Shown here: piece after piece, positions 48,608 to 59,404 of the stretch
Layout: every line of letters starts with the position of its first letter
How positions within the stretch are numbered: position 1 is the first letter of the stretch
Sequence record: OR924452
Length of the DNA: 64,000 bases
Reading direction: 5' to 3' (one strand)
Origin: Escherichia phage 241
Notes under the pieces: model-generated
Databases searched by the model: none
What the model saw: only the letters and a program-made list of their open reading frames with translations
Told to the model about the DNA's origin: nothing
Made by a program: the position numbers and the translations under genes

Positions 48608-49215
48608 GTTGGCGCTCCTAAAATCCGGGAAGACAGTAGGAACAATTATGTTACCAACAGGAACCTTGTTGCCCTTTGACGCAACATTATGAACCCTCTG
48701 TGGAAGACTCATAATGTTGTCGGCGTAATGGAGATTAGCGCCCCCGACCTCCCCTTATATGTTGGTGTCGACTTGCCAACAGGGTGCTCTCTGATTCTGA
48801 GCTAATCACGCTACAACAGGGAGTTTCGTTCTCCGACGGTCAAGTGCGTCCACTGACACCAGCGAGGTGGATATTGACTTATGGAGCCGGAGTCCTCGTC
48901 CTAGGACTGTGCTTGGCCTCAGCCTTTACACCGCTGGTCGCCCGACTCTTTACACCATAAAATTTACTATACTACAGCCCAGCTAATTTGAAAAGTCCTC
49001 TCCCCTTTGAGCTACACTGCCCACAGCAGTGCGGACGAACCTTCACTCAAAACCGGATGCGCCGAAGTGGGCAACTGTTTACCGGACTGATCGGGTAGAC
49101 CCAGGAGAGAGCAGGTAATCCCGATCAGGAGGATGAGGAGTAACATCATGTAAAACATAGTGTTCCCTCCCTTCCATGCAACTAACTTTACTGCATTTAT
49201 TTATTGAATAAAGCG

Positions 49216-49785
49216 TTATTTTATCAATTCTAACTTCACAACGCGGCGCAGAAGATAAACATATTCATTAGATGCTTCATGCGACATATAATGCGTAGAA
49301 GGGGTGGAATGGTTGTTCTGGGTTTCTTTTAACCCAACGCGTTCAGCCCAACCATTAATGGAGTTCCCATAAAACCCGATAATCGCGCCGAAATAAATGC
49401 GCTGGCTCTCTGGTTCTAAAATATAGTTGACAGTGAAACAGATGTCAGAACGAATAGATTCTAATTTTATACCGACCCGACCTTCAGAGAATTCGTTGCG
49501 AACATACAAATGACGAAAACGATCGCGTCGCGCTTGTGATGACTCTTCCAATTCTTGGCGAAGTGAGGATGTTGCATCGATATTAAATGAAAATGTCGGG
49601 TTTTGCAAATCGGTACGGGCTAACTCTAATGCTGATTCAACAACACGGCGGAAATTAATATTTTTGCCAGTCAGACGTTTCACTTCTTCTGTAATTGTTC
49701 CGAAAGGGATTTTTACAACACGTTCCCCTTCGTATTTTGCTAACAAAGGGATGATGTGTTTCATTATTGCTGTATTAATGTGCAT
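49216..49785 (-). CDS. hypothetical protein (189 aa), first gene of the minus-strand block
   Basis: ORF. Confidence 0.4.
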   Translation of the reverse strand: MHINTAIMKHIIPLLAKYEGERVVKIPFGTITEEVKRLTGKNINFRRVVESALELARTDLQNPTFSFNIDATSSLRQELEESSQARRDRFRHLYVRNEFSEGRVGIKLESIRSDICFTVNYILEPESQRIYFGAIIGFYGNSINGWAERVGLKETQNNHSTPSTHYMSHEASNEYVYLLRRVVKLELIK

Positions 49786-50101
49786 TTCCTGAGCCTCGTC
49801 AAATTAATTAAATGTCCCCACTATTATATTGGGAATATGTTTATTGAATATAACTCCAAGAAAGGCCAATAAAATAATGACAGCGATTATTAATAGGTAA
49901 AAACTACTTTTCTACAACATCAAGAAACTGTATCTTAACGCGGTGCCCTTCGAGTTGTGAGTGTTAACGAACAACGAGAAGCAGCCTCCATGGCTGCGGA
50001 ATGGGACTGCCTGTCAAGGCGGTGTTACGAGCGAGGGCGTCAGCCCCCTCGCGAGTATATTCGAATAAATTAACGCGCGAGAGCGTTTTGATTCCCTTTG
50101 G

Positions 50102-50108
50102 CTAAATA
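50102..50108 (+). promoter_or_regulatory. late-promoter-like CTAAATA motif ~40 nt upstream of gp6-like gene
   Basis: Same heptamer as in the tail spike leaders. Confidence 0.3.
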
Positions 50109-50148
50109 TCTTCAACACCATATTCAAACTCAGGTGATGGAGATTATC

Positions 50149-51930
50149 ATGGCCACGCAAACAGTTCCTTCACTCGACGTCAGAGCCTTTGAGTACATTA
50201 TCAAACAGCGAATGAAAGCTGATCCCACCTTTAAAGATTATGACTTTGAAGGTTCCGGTCTTAGTGCTATTATTCGTTTGTTGGCATCTGATGCGAACGC
50301 CATAGCCTTTATGCAGAACATGCTTAATGGTGAAGGCCATTTAAAAACAGCAAATCAACGTTCTAATGTTGGTTTGTCTGCTGCTTTTCTTTCTTATACC
50401 CCCGACAACTATCGGGCGGCATACATGTATGCCAACATCAAAGTAACGCCGTATGACGCCAGTACAGCTCCTAATGAGATCATTATGGACCGCCGTGTGA
50501 TGTTCGTTGGGGCGAAGGATGGGAGTTCCTACAACTTTACTGTTGAAAAACCCGTGTCTGCCACGTTGACAACAGACGGTTATTACATGTTCAACAACGT
50601 GAAACTGATTCAGGGTAACTGGTTGTACAAGACATATGATGTTGAAGGAAGCGCGATTTCGACTTATACGATACCTTCGGAAAATGTTGATATCAATCAT
50701 CTGGTCGTACAGGTACAGGAATCAGAGTCCTCTGATGTTTCAACGACATACCAGAGATACAACAGTCCGTTCGACCTGAATCAATATGCATATCTCTATT
50801 TTGTGGAATTAGGGATAGATGGCCTGTATGTGTTTGAGTTCGGAGATGGTTATCTGTCTCGCCGAGTAGAAGATGGCAACGTTATTTTCCTCCAGTATTT
50901 AGAAACTTCTGGTGCTGAAGGTAATGACATCACTAGTTTATCTTCCGCATCTTCGATAGGCGGGTTTAACCAGGTTGATATAGAATTGGTTTCCGAACGC
51001 AGTGCGGGTGGGGGAGATCCGGAATCTATTGAAGATACGAAGCGTCTGGCACCTTTGGCTTATCAGGCTGATGGCGCTGCCGTTACGGAAACCGATTACG
51101 GTGTTTTAACTGAACGCTTGTTTTCTAACGTCGCCCGTGCTAAATCATATGGCGGCGATACGCTTTCCCCTCCGGATTCTGGTTACGTTTATATCGCTGT
51201 GATACCATCTGTTGGAGAGACTCTTTCAGACGCAGAGAAGGCTGATATCGTTGCCGCGTTGGACAAATACAACGTTGGGTCCATCACCCCCAAAGTGGTA
51301 GATTCTGAGATCACATATATCCAAGTCGCCACGACTATATTTTGGGATCCGACTTCAACGGTTTATGTTGAAGAACAAATGAAAGTGGTGGTGGGCAATA
51401 GTATCACCAAATGGGGTGAAAACAATCTCGGTGGTTTTGATCAGTTATTCGACAAAGAGATATTGCAGGAAGCAATTACGAAAATGGAACGTTCCATTAA
51501 CTCAAATATCACGTCTGTCGGTTATAAACGTCATTTCAAACCTGATTATGGTGTGTTGGATAGCTTTACTTTCAGTTATGGGAGAAGCATTAAACCTGGT
51601 TCTGTGAAAATAACAGGGTTTAAACCGCTTCCGGCCGAAGTTGATTTCACTTATTATATGCGCGATGACAATGGCGATTTGAACATGTATAAAGTGAACA
51701 ACAACGACACCACTAAAGAATTTTTGGTTCAAAAGACTGGTGTTGTGGATTACGCCAACGGCGTCGTAGATCTTCAGCAGATTACGGTTTCAAACTATAA
51801 TACTGAAGGAGTAACGATCGTTGTGCTACCAGATGGCCTGAATCAGAATATACAGGCTTCACAAAACCAGGTATTCAAAATCGGTGATGTGGTTGTTACG
51901 CCAGAGGTGCGCTATGTCCAAAGATCTTAA
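50149..51930 (+). CDS. 6: baseplate wedge protein (T4 gp6-like)
   Basis: DYDFEGS and GGGDPE motifs conserved with T4 gp6; start at ATG 50149 with GGAG SD (track start 50098 is TTG). Confidence 0.7.
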   Translation: MATQTVPSLDVRAFEYIIKQRMKADPTFKDYDFEGSGLSAIIRLLASDANAIAFMQNMLNGEGHLKTANQRSNVGLSAAFLSYTPDNYRAAYMYANIKVTPYDASTAPNEIIMDRRVMFVGAKDGSSYNFTVEKPVSATLTTDGYYMFNNVKLIQGNWLYKTYDVEGSAISTYTIPSENVDINHLVVQVQESESSDVSTTYQRYNSPFDLNQYAYLYFVELGIDGLYVFEFGDGYLSRRVEDGNVIFLQYLETSGAEGNDITSLSSASSIGGFNQVDIELVSERSAGGGDPESIEDTKRLAPLAYQADGAAVTETDYGVLTERLFSNVARAKSYGGDTLSPPDSGYVYIAVIPSVGETLSDAEKADIVAALDKYNVGSITPKVVDSEITYIQVATTIFWDPTSTVYVEEQMKVVVGNSITKWGENNLGGFDQLFDKEILQEAITKMERSINSNITSVGYKRHFKPDYGVLDSFTFSYGRSIKPGSVKITGFKPLPAEVDFTYYMRDDNGDLNMYKVNNNDTTKEFLVQKTGVVDYANGVVDLQQITVSNYNTEGVTIVVLPDGLNQNIQASQNQVFKIGDVVVTPEVRYVQRS

Positions 51931-52768
51931 TAATGGTCACAATGGGGTTAAGTATGAAACCCCGTTGTTTTACCAAAACGATTTTCCTCTGTTCATCGAG
52001 TTCATGGACACGTTCTTTAATTGGCTGTATCGGCAGCAGGGCTTCACTCAAGAAGAAATTTTGGCATATCTGGCAGACACTTCGAGTTGGATGAATCCTG
52101 AGAGTGAAGATTCTCCTGTTAAACAACTCATAGATTTAAAGGCCGACAAAACGCCAGGCTCTGAAGCCAAAGATTATTTGTCAGATAAATTTTTGGTCAG
52201 AACATTTGAGAACATGATGGCTCTTGATGCCGAGACGCTGCTAGACGCTGATGGAAGGCCGTTGCTTTCTATTGAAGACAAGAACAAGCAGATAGACGAC
52301 TGGTATAATGATTTTGGGTTTCAACGAACTGTCGATAAATCATTTCAAGAATTTGGACATTTTATCCCAGTCGGTTCGGATTCTTTATTGACGGCCACGG
52401 GCGATACGTTCTCTGTTTATATTGAAGGAACTAAACGAAGAACTCTGGATCATCCGCGTTGGCTGAAATTGTTGAAACACATCTATAAAATACGTGGAAC
52501 AAAGAAAGCGATTGAATTGTTCTTTTGGATATATTTCGGTTGTCCAGTCAGCGTCTATTTTACGAAAGAAGACATAGGCGGTCTGGACGGAAATTTTGAA
52601 TGTGACGGCACGACAGGGATGCGTGATGATTACTATTATGATGAATACACTTATGTTATAGGAGTCCCAGGCGACGTATCTGATTTTGAAGGTGTGTTTG
52701 AGCGCGTCTTCCGTCAGCATTTCCATCCTGCTGGATTTACTGTATTCCTAGAAAGCACAAGGAGCTAA
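51914..52768 (+). CDS. virion structural protein, baseplate-associated (284 aa)
   Basis: Start at ATG 51914 (MSKDLNNG) with GAGGTG SD, overlapping gp6 stop. Confidence 0.4.
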   Translation: MSKDLNNGHNGVKYETPLFYQNDFPLFIEFMDTFFNWLYRQQGFTQEEILAYLADTSSWMNPESEDSPVKQLIDLKADKTPGSEAKDYLSDKFLVRTFENMMALDAETLLDADGRPLLSIEDKNKQIDDWYNDFGFQRTVDKSFQEFGHFIPVGSDSLLTATGDTFSVYIEGTKRRTLDHPRWLKLLKHIYKIRGTKKAIELFFWIYFGCPVSVYFTKEDIGGLDGNFECDGTTGMRDDYYYDEYTYVIGVPGDVSDFEGVFERVFRQHFHPAGFTVFLESTRS

Positions 52769-52770
52769 AA

Positions 52771-53961
52771 ATGGCCGATTTCCTGAGTCAATATACAGGT
52801 CAGCAGATAGATCAGATATTGGGTTCTGTTGACGACAAAGTAAGTAAAAACGACGTCATTGATGATTTTGAAGTCAGTGACCCATTGTTTCCGCCTTCTG
52901 CTCGCCTGACTTATGAGTTGAAAAGGTCTGTGGATACGATTAATGACACTCTGACCAACAAAGTTATAAGAACGGATAGTGGTGAACAGACAATCAACGG
53001 TAAGAAGACATTTAATGCGCTGTTGGTTACTAACGGGGGAATCCAAGTCCCCACTGGGAAATCTGTTTCAATCGCGGACGAACCAACCAACTCAACAGAC
53101 GGTGTCAACCTGAGTATGTTGAGGAAACATGGTGTCAGTGAAGACACCGCGCCAGATGGGTCTGGTTTGGCTGGGGAATTATTGACTTCCGGATATTACA
53201 AATTCAAACTGGATTTTAACAGATTGGCTGCGTATACGGAATTAACTCTCCCAACATCAGTTCCCGTGCAAACAGATTCTGGAGTTCGCACATGGTCAAT
53301 GACTGCATTTTTTAATGCGTTATTTGCCGACAACCGTTTTAACGGTTATGTAACGACGACCACGTATGATGCCGACATGTTGAGTCTGGAGTCTCAGCTT
53401 AACAATATCAACACGACGTTGAACGGAAAAGTCAACACGTCAACTTACAACACAAAAATGGCTTCGTTGGATTTGAGTATATCCAACATTAACACATCTT
53501 TGAGCAACAAGGTTGAGGTCAGCACATATAATACGAAGATGACTTCCTTGGACGGCAGTATCAGTTCTCTCACGACTGGTAAGGTCGATGTATCAACGTA
53601 TAATGCCAAAATGACCACAATTGATAACAGTTTGGGGAACGCTGTTTATCGCACCAAAACAAACTTGTCATCACTGACGGTATCGGCTTCTGGAACAACA
53701 GCTCTGCCAGACTTTGATTTGGTGAAACTTTGCCAGATATTGGTAACAGCACAATGGGGTACAGGAGATGTCGTAGACACATATCGAGTCACCATAACTC
53801 GAGATGGGACGATTAAGTCTGAGCTGCTGATCCAGAAAAGTACGAGCGGAACTGTGACGTTTACGGGTTCTGTAGTTGGTGGGAAACTGAGGATTTCTGT
53901 TGTCAATGCCAATACGACAACACCTTGCTCAGTCGATTATTCTATTACAGCATCTTTCTAA
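52771..53961 (+). CDS. tail fiber-like protein with internal tandem peptide repeats
   Basis: Three to four ~24-aa repeats (V.[TV]STYN.KM.S.D.S.S...) in central region; operon position between baseplate and tail spikes. Confidence 0.5.
   Translation: MADFLSQYTGQQIDQILGSVDDKVSKNDVIDDFEVSDPLFPPSARLTYELKRSVDTINDTLTNKVIRTDSGEQTINGKKTFNALLVTNGGIQVPTGKSVSIADEPTNSTDGVNLSMLRKHGVSEDTAPDGSGLAGELLTSGYYKFKLDFNRLAAYTELTLPTSVPVQTDSGVRTWSMTAFFNALFADNRFNGYVTTTTYDADMLSLESQLNNINTTLNGKVNTSTYNTKMASLDLSISNINTSLSNKVEVSTYNTKMTSLDGSISSLTTGKVDVSTYNAKMTTIDNSLGNAVYRTKTNLSSLTVSASGTTALPDFDLVKLCQILVTAQWGTGDVVDTYRVTITRDGTIKSELLIQKSTSGTVTFTGSVVGGKLRISVVNANTTTPCSVDYSITASF
53380..53650 (+). repeat. in-frame tandem repeats (~70-80 nt units) within fiber gene
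   Basis: Protein-level repeats read from the translation. Confidence 0.4.
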
Positions 53962-53963
53962 AA

Positions 53964-54007
53964 CTAAATACCCCTAGATGACATGAATACATTTAGGGGT
54001 ATTACAA
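53964..54007 (+). promoter_or_regulatory. conserved late leader element: CTAAATA + hairpin AATACCCCTA...TAGGGGTATT, then ATG
   Basis: One of four copies; 10-bp stem; ATG 4 nt after hairpin. Confidence 0.5.
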
Positions 54008-57000
54008 ATGGCCAACAAACCAACACAGCCTCTTTTCCCTTTGGGTTTAGAAACTTCGGAGTCTTCTAACATAAAAGGCTTCAACAACTCCGGCACCATA
54101 GAGCATTCCCCTGGTGCAATATTGACGTTCCCTGAAGATACTGATGTTGCGGGTCTTCCATCTTCTGTGCGTTACAATCCTGTTAGTGATGAATTCGAAG
54201 GTTATTACGAAAATGGCGGGTGGCTGTCTTTGGGCGGCGGTGGAATACGCTGGGAAACGCTCCCATACGCTCCCTCTAGCAATTTGTTAGAAGGGCGCGG
54301 CTATCTCATTAATAACTCCACTGGGACTTCTACGGTGGTTCTTCCTTCCCCTACGCGCGTTGGTGACTCGGTTACAATTTGTGATGCCTATGGTAAATTC
54401 GCGACGTACCCATTGACTGTATCTCCAGCGGGAAATAACCTGTACGGCTCCACCGAAGATATGACGATATCCACCGATAACGTGTCGGCGACTTTCACTT
54501 GGTCTGGTGCTGAGCAGGGTTGGGTTGTTACATCTGGTGTTGGCCTAGGTCAAGGTCGTGTGTACAGTCGAGAGATTTTCACTCAAATTTTAGCATCTGA
54601 TACAAATGAAGTGACTCTCAACATCCCTCCGACAATTGTGGACGTGTACACTGATGGGAAACGCCTTACAGAATCCAAATATTCTTTAAATGGAAACGTA
54701 ATCACTTTCGACCCTTCTTTACCTGCTGGCACTGAATTGCAGGTAATAGAATATACTCCGATTCAGTTAGGTACTGGCGGCGGGGGTTCGGGCGCTTCTG
54801 CAATCACCTGGATTTACAATGGCGGATCCGCTATCGGCGGCGAAACCGAAATAACGCTAGACATCGTTGTAGATGATGTTCCGGCTATTGATATAAACGG
54901 GTCTCGTCAGTACAAAAATCTTGGATTCACGTTCGACCCATTGACGAGTAAAATCACTCTGACGCAAGAACTGGAACCAGAAGATGAAGTTGTTGTGGTT
55001 ATAAATGGGACACCAAACATTTATAACCAGATCGATCGTTCTTTACAGGAAGTTGCTCGCGCCTACAATTTTACAAATGCTCAAGTTATTTTGAGCAACG
55101 ATTATACTTCTGCGCTGGATAATAAAGTCGTTATTTATGATACAACATCCCAACGTTCTTGGGGGATTCCATCTGGAATTCCAGCAGGTTCTACAGTGGT
55201 TTCCGTCAATGGGGATCAACTGAAATACAAAAATGGATCAACTGAAACCACTGTTACATTGGTGAGTGTACCAGGTAGTGCAGAGAAGTTGAAGAACGAT
55301 CTGGCGTCGAACTCTGGCGCGGGCATGTTGAAAACTTCTAGAGGTGATACCGTAGAAGAAGAATTGACTTTTATTAATCAGAATATGGTCGTTCAAATTT
55401 CAGATTTCGCGAGCCTTAGAACTTTAGTGCCAGCCACAGCGGGCATCCGAGTCAAATTGAAAGGTTATTATTCTGGTTCTGAAATTGGTGGCGGAGAATT
55501 CATTTCCGTCGCTGGTGATGCTGTTGATGATGCTGGGATGATTGCTCGAGTGTCAAGCAGCTTCTATTGGAAGAGAATTATCGACAAACATATTACTCCT
55601 GGTATGTATGGCATCAAAGGGAATCTTCCAGAAGATCCGGCAGTGAAACTGAACGCTATGTTTACGGCTGCGGCTGCGGCTAACGCTTATGTCTTACTGA
55701 ACGATGTCGATACTCTGGTCTGTAAAAGCCCTGTCGTGATCCCAGCACATTCATTAGTGTACGGCAACAAGCGGACCATATTGAAACGTGATGCATCGTT
55801 GTCATATGCTAATGATTTCTTGACAATTATGAATGATTCATATGTCAAGGGGATCTATGTTGATGGTAGCCGTTTAGATTCTCAGACTCCGCTAGAAGCA
55901 GTTTTGGTGCGCATCGCTGGGAATGTGACTATCCATAAGAGCGAGATCCGAAACAATGCTGGCTATGGCGTTGTTGGTAACGCAGTCCCTGGCATTCGTA
56001 TCACCAAGAACATTTTTTCCAACTTCGCCAAAGGTTGTGTGGCTATGTTTGGCGACGGAACGGCGACGAGTGATGATCTGCAAATTAATGATAACAGATT
56101 CTTTAACCTGGGCGCGGGAACCATTTATGTTGGCGGTTACTCAAACTTCCTTGTCGACAAAAACGTCGGAAGAGGCACTTACGTGGGTTCTCCAGGAAAC
56201 CGTCTGTATGTTGTGACCAATACCAACGGGACTATCACCCAAAGCGCTGGGCCAGATTTTGGGGCGCTGAAAACGGGTATGTTCTTTGTATTGCCTGGTG
56301 GTTCTGAACATATGATAACGGCAGTCAACAGCCTTACAAGTGTGACAGTAACCCCAGCGCCTCCGTCGAATGCAACGGTTCGTGCAATTGCTGGGACAGG
56401 GGATCTTCTGGGCATCCAATCATGCTCCTACGGCACCATCAGCCGTAACAACCTGACCGATTGTGTGACTTACGGAACTGGTGGAGGCACGATGGAGGGG
56501 AGCACTCTGGGGTGCAATTATGTCACTTGGGAAGACAACTTCATCCGCAACACAGGTAAGAACGGAATCAACGTCGGGCAATCAGGCGCTGGGGTCGCCA
56601 CGTGTTCAATCCTGAGGAACACTCTGATACAGGTTGGTAACGGCGGTCAGGGCGTCGGCCCAGCGTATCTTCTGCCTTGGTTCGATACGGTAGGTATTGC
56701 TCTGTATCAGGGAAATCCAGGTTATATGGCGAATATGGACGTCAGTGATAACAACGTCTCTACATGGTCTGGCGATCTGAATGACGGCGCTGCTTGGTTT
56801 GGTATGAGCGGTTGTACGGAAGCCACTGTGACTTGTACAGGCAACAAATCTTCTGGTTATTCCGACGGCTATGTTCGTGGAGATATATTAGAAGTCACGT
56901 TGACAGGTTATGGTACAGGGGCGGCTGCGACTTCATTCGTTAGTGATGGTGAGTCTATACAGATAACCGTTCAAACAGGTACTTCACCAACAGCTTCTCC

Positions 57001-57181
57001 TTATTTTTCAGTGCGGAAGGCGATCCGCACCCGCCATCAACCGATGATAACGGCGCAGATCGTCACCACAACTGGGAACATGTCTCATTGTTGGGGCATG
57101 CAATCTAGTACAGCAGGAAACTGGATGGTGGGACAGAATACAACTCCTTCAGGGGTCACGACGTATTACGCAAAAGGGTAA
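54008..57181 (+). CDS. tail spike protein with gp10-like N-terminal anchor domains and beta-helix domain (1057 aa)
   Basis: Beta-helix repeat signatures (NNAGYGVVGN..., IRNT...); N-terminal region shared with the 59448 gene. Confidence 0.6.
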   Translation: MANKPTQPLFPLGLETSESSNIKGFNNSGTIEHSPGAILTFPEDTDVAGLPSSVRYNPVSDEFEGYYENGGWLSLGGGGIRWETLPYAPSSNLLEGRGYLINNSTGTSTVVLPSPTRVGDSVTICDAYGKFATYPLTVSPAGNNLYGSTEDMTISTDNVSATFTWSGAEQGWVVTSGVGLGQGRVYSREIFTQILASDTNEVTLNIPPTIVDVYTDGKRLTESKYSLNGNVITFDPSLPAGTELQVIEYTPIQLGTGGGGSGASAITWIYNGGSAIGGETEITLDIVVDDVPAIDINGSRQYKNLGFTFDPLTSKITLTQELEPEDEVVVVINGTPNIYNQIDRSLQEVARAYNFTNAQVILSNDYTSALDNKVVIYDTTSQRSWGIPSGIPAGSTVVSVNGDQLKYKNGSTETTVTLVSVPGSAEKLKNDLASNSGAGMLKTSRGDTVEEELTFINQNMVVQISDFASLRTLVPATAGIRVKLKGYYSGSEIGGGEFISVAGDAVDDAGMIARVSSSFYWKRIIDKHITPGMYGIKGNLPEDPAVKLNAMFTAAAAANAYVLLNDVDTLVCKSPVVIPAHSLVYGNKRTILKRDASLSYANDFLTIMNDSYVKGIYVDGSRLDSQTPLEAVLVRIAGNVTIHKSEIRNNAGYGVVGNAVPGIRITKNIFSNFAKGCVAMFGDGTATSDDLQINDNRFFNLGAGTIYVGGYSNFLVDKNVGRGTYVGSPGNRLYVVTNTNGTITQSAGPDFGALKTGMFFVLPGGSEHMITAVNSLTSVTVTPAPPSNATVRAIAGTGDLLGIQSCSYGTISRNNLTDCVTYGTGGGTMEGSTLGCNYVTWEDNFIRNTGKNGINVGQSGAGVATCSILRNTLIQVGNGGQGVGPAYLLPWFDTVGIALYQGNPGYMANMDVSDNNVSTWSGDLNDGAAWFGMSGCTEATVTCTGNKSSGYSDGYVRGDILEVTLTGYGTGAAATSFVSDGESIQITVQTGTSPTASPYFSVRKAIRTRHQPMITAQIVTTTGNMSHCWGMQSSTAGNWMVGQNTTPSGVTTYYAKG

Positions 57182-57191
57182 TATTGAATGC

Positions 57192-57231
57192 CTAAATACC
57201 CCATATTGGACATCCTTTATGGGGTATTATC
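57192..57231 (+). promoter_or_regulatory. conserved late leader element: CTAAATA + hairpin ATACCCCATA...TATGGGGTAT, then ATG
   Basis: Near-identical to the 59405 copy. Confidence 0.5.
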
Positions 57232-59235
57232 ATGATTTCTCAATTCAATCAGCCACACGGCTCCACTTCAATATTTGTTAACAAACAATCTATCGCTCTG
57301 AATTTCGGTGTCACCAAAGACGAAGTTGTTTATTTCGCTGCTGGCATTGACCTTAGCGGATACAAAGTAATCTATGATGAATCGACTCAACGGGCTTATT
57401 CTCTTCCAGCTGGGATTGTTTCAGGAACTACTGCCATCAGTCTGGACGAAAAAGCCATTTTGACCCATTCGGCTGGCTCTGTTGATCTTGGAGAACTGGC
57501 TGTGCAACGCGGAGAGTTTGTTACTGTACCTGGTTCTTTTAATTTCGGCCATACCATTAATGTGAAAAATGAACTTCTTGTTCACGATGATGAAAAATAT
57601 CGATGGGATGGTTCTTTGCCAAAGGTAGTTGCCGCTGGTTCTACACCCGATAACTCAGGCGGTGTTGGCACAGGCGCGTGGGTTAGCGTTGGGGATGCGT
57701 CATTAAGGAATGAGTTAGCAAGTCCTTCAGGATCATCACTTTCAGGTCATTCAAATGGCCTTTCGGTAGCTGAAAACCTGAATAACCTCTTAGCAAAAGC
57801 ACAATTCATCACACCAGAGCAATTTTACAGCAATCATCCTGGTGAAACTGACTGGGCTGTGATGATTAACGAGGCATATTCCTATGCTCGCGATCATAAT
57901 AGTTCTGTGTTGCTTGCTAATGACTACCACACTGCGTCAACAATTGTTCACTTAGACGGTGTTACTGTTATTTGTACCGGGCGTATTATTGCATCGCCAA
58001 CAGGAACATATTCATACACCACCGCATTAGGTAATGAAGAGGAGGCTGCTTATGTAATTACTACTGAAAATGGTGTGTTTAACAATGCAAAATCTTCATC
58101 TCTTTACGGTCTAACATTGACATATACAGACAATAGAGAACCATCAGGATATACCGACCCTCACATACTAGCTAAAGGCGTTGTCATTACTGATACGGCT
58201 AATGTTTACATAAACAACCTGCAAACATTTGGGTTCTTAAATGGCGGTGTCGATGTTGGTGGAATTTCTGGTAATGGGTTTGAGATTGTAATAAATAAAT
58301 GTTTAGCCTGGATTTACGCATGGACGGATTCGGAGAAGATAGGATTCCGATGCAACGTTACAGACTCTACATTCTATGATGTCGTAACTGTAGCATATGG
58401 AATTGGAATTCATAATGTTAAAGGTGGTGGAAACGTCTATTTTAACGCGCACCCATGGGGGTATCCTTTAACCGCCGCTAATCTATACCCAAACAGACAG
58501 TGTAAAATTCAATTTCTGTTAACAGGGGGTGGCACAACTTTCTTCAGGCCGTATGCCGATACAATCACAAAATTAGACAGCAGTCAAAACGCTAGTCGGG
58601 CCAATGGTGGTGTTGGGTTTTACATCGACAACTGGAGAAATAAAATTATCGCAGCAGAGGTGGCGATACATAATGATGAGATTAGCACTGGAATGTCATT
58701 AGCTTACCTGGTAGGCGATGCCTCGCGTAATGAAATTGAATTCACAAACATAAACAACACATCGAAACTTGGGAATGAAAGAGTTTCATATGATTCAGGA
58801 TATCAAACCGCTTTATTTACAAACATTGTCAGAATTCCTGAGTATAACGCAGGTAATTTAAGCAACCTTACAGGAAGCATATCATTCAATGGTACAGGAG
58901 TTACTTCTTCTGGCACGTACAGTTTACGCAGAAGTGGTGAGTATATAGACATTCTTTTAACTATAGGAGTGACTTCAATATCAAGCCCATCCGGACCATT
59001 ATCAATCACGCTACCACGTGGTCTTGTGTGTAGATTTGGGCCATCAGCAGAGCCTGAGCAGACTTCGTGCTTTGGTAACATCAGTTCAATCAATATAGGT
59101 GTAATTGCAGTTCTAAACGGAAGCTCTATAGAGTTCTATTACAAGACAGCAAATGGGGCAAGGGTCCTTATTAATGCAGCTGGAGTATCAGTCGGGACTC
59201 TTGAGTTATTTTTAAGAGGTAAAATTTCGAATTAA
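57232..59235 (+). CDS. tail spike protein (667 aa) with conserved N-terminal head-binding module
   Basis: N-terminal ~170 aa parallel the 61724 gene (GSTS...SGYKVIYD...RAY[SA]LP...GAW[VI]S[VA]G.ASLRN.LA). Confidence 0.6.
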   Translation: MISQFNQPHGSTSIFVNKQSIALNFGVTKDEVVYFAAGIDLSGYKVIYDESTQRAYSLPAGIVSGTTAISLDEKAILTHSAGSVDLGELAVQRGEFVTVPGSFNFGHTINVKNELLVHDDEKYRWDGSLPKVVAAGSTPDNSGGVGTGAWVSVGDASLRNELASPSGSSLSGHSNGLSVAENLNNLLAKAQFITPEQFYSNHPGETDWAVMINEAYSYARDHNSSVLLANDYHTASTIVHLDGVTVICTGRIIASPTGTYSYTTALGNEEEAAYVITTENGVFNNAKSSSLYGLTLTYTDNREPSGYTDPHILAKGVVITDTANVYINNLQTFGFLNGGVDVGGISGNGFEIVINKCLAWIYAWTDSEKIGFRCNVTDSTFYDVVTVAYGIGIHNVKGGGNVYFNAHPWGYPLTAANLYPNRQCKIQFLLTGGGTTFFRPYADTITKLDSSQNASRANGGVGFYIDNWRNKIIAAEVAIHNDEISTGMSLAYLVGDASRNEIEFTNINNTSKLGNERVSYDSGYQTALFTNIVRIPEYNAGNLSNLTGSISFNGTGVTSSGTYSLRRSGEYIDILLTIGVTSISSPSGPLSITLPRGLVCRFGPSAEPEQTSCFGNISSINIGVIAVLNGSSIEFYYKTANGARVLINAAGVSVGTLELFLRGKISN

Positions 59236-59238
59236 AAT

Positions 59239-59268
59239 AACCCCGCTTCGGCGGGGTTTTGTTATTTT
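59239..59268 (+). terminator. rho-independent terminator (AACCCCGC-ttcg-GCGGGGTT + TTGTTATTTT)
   Basis: Hairpin and T-run 4 nt after stop. Confidence 0.5.
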
Positions 59269-59404
59269 CTCTTATCGTGGCATATAATTTGTTTATTCAA
59301 AGATTCTTCTAATTCAGGATGAAACCCATTTCATAAATTTTGTTGTGTAGACTATGTTAAGAGGAAGAGTATAAACATAGATAAACTCAACATATTGATA
59401 CTCA

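Noticed and set aside
46692-48712. Short overlapping ORFs on both strands in the structured non-coding island
   Set aside because: They coincide with long inverted repeats (palindromes generate paired ORFs on both strands), lack SD sequences and overlap each other.
46782-48720. CRISPR array
   Set aside because: The repeats are inverted, each with a unique sequence and irregular spacing; no direct repeat-spacer periodicity and no cas genes.
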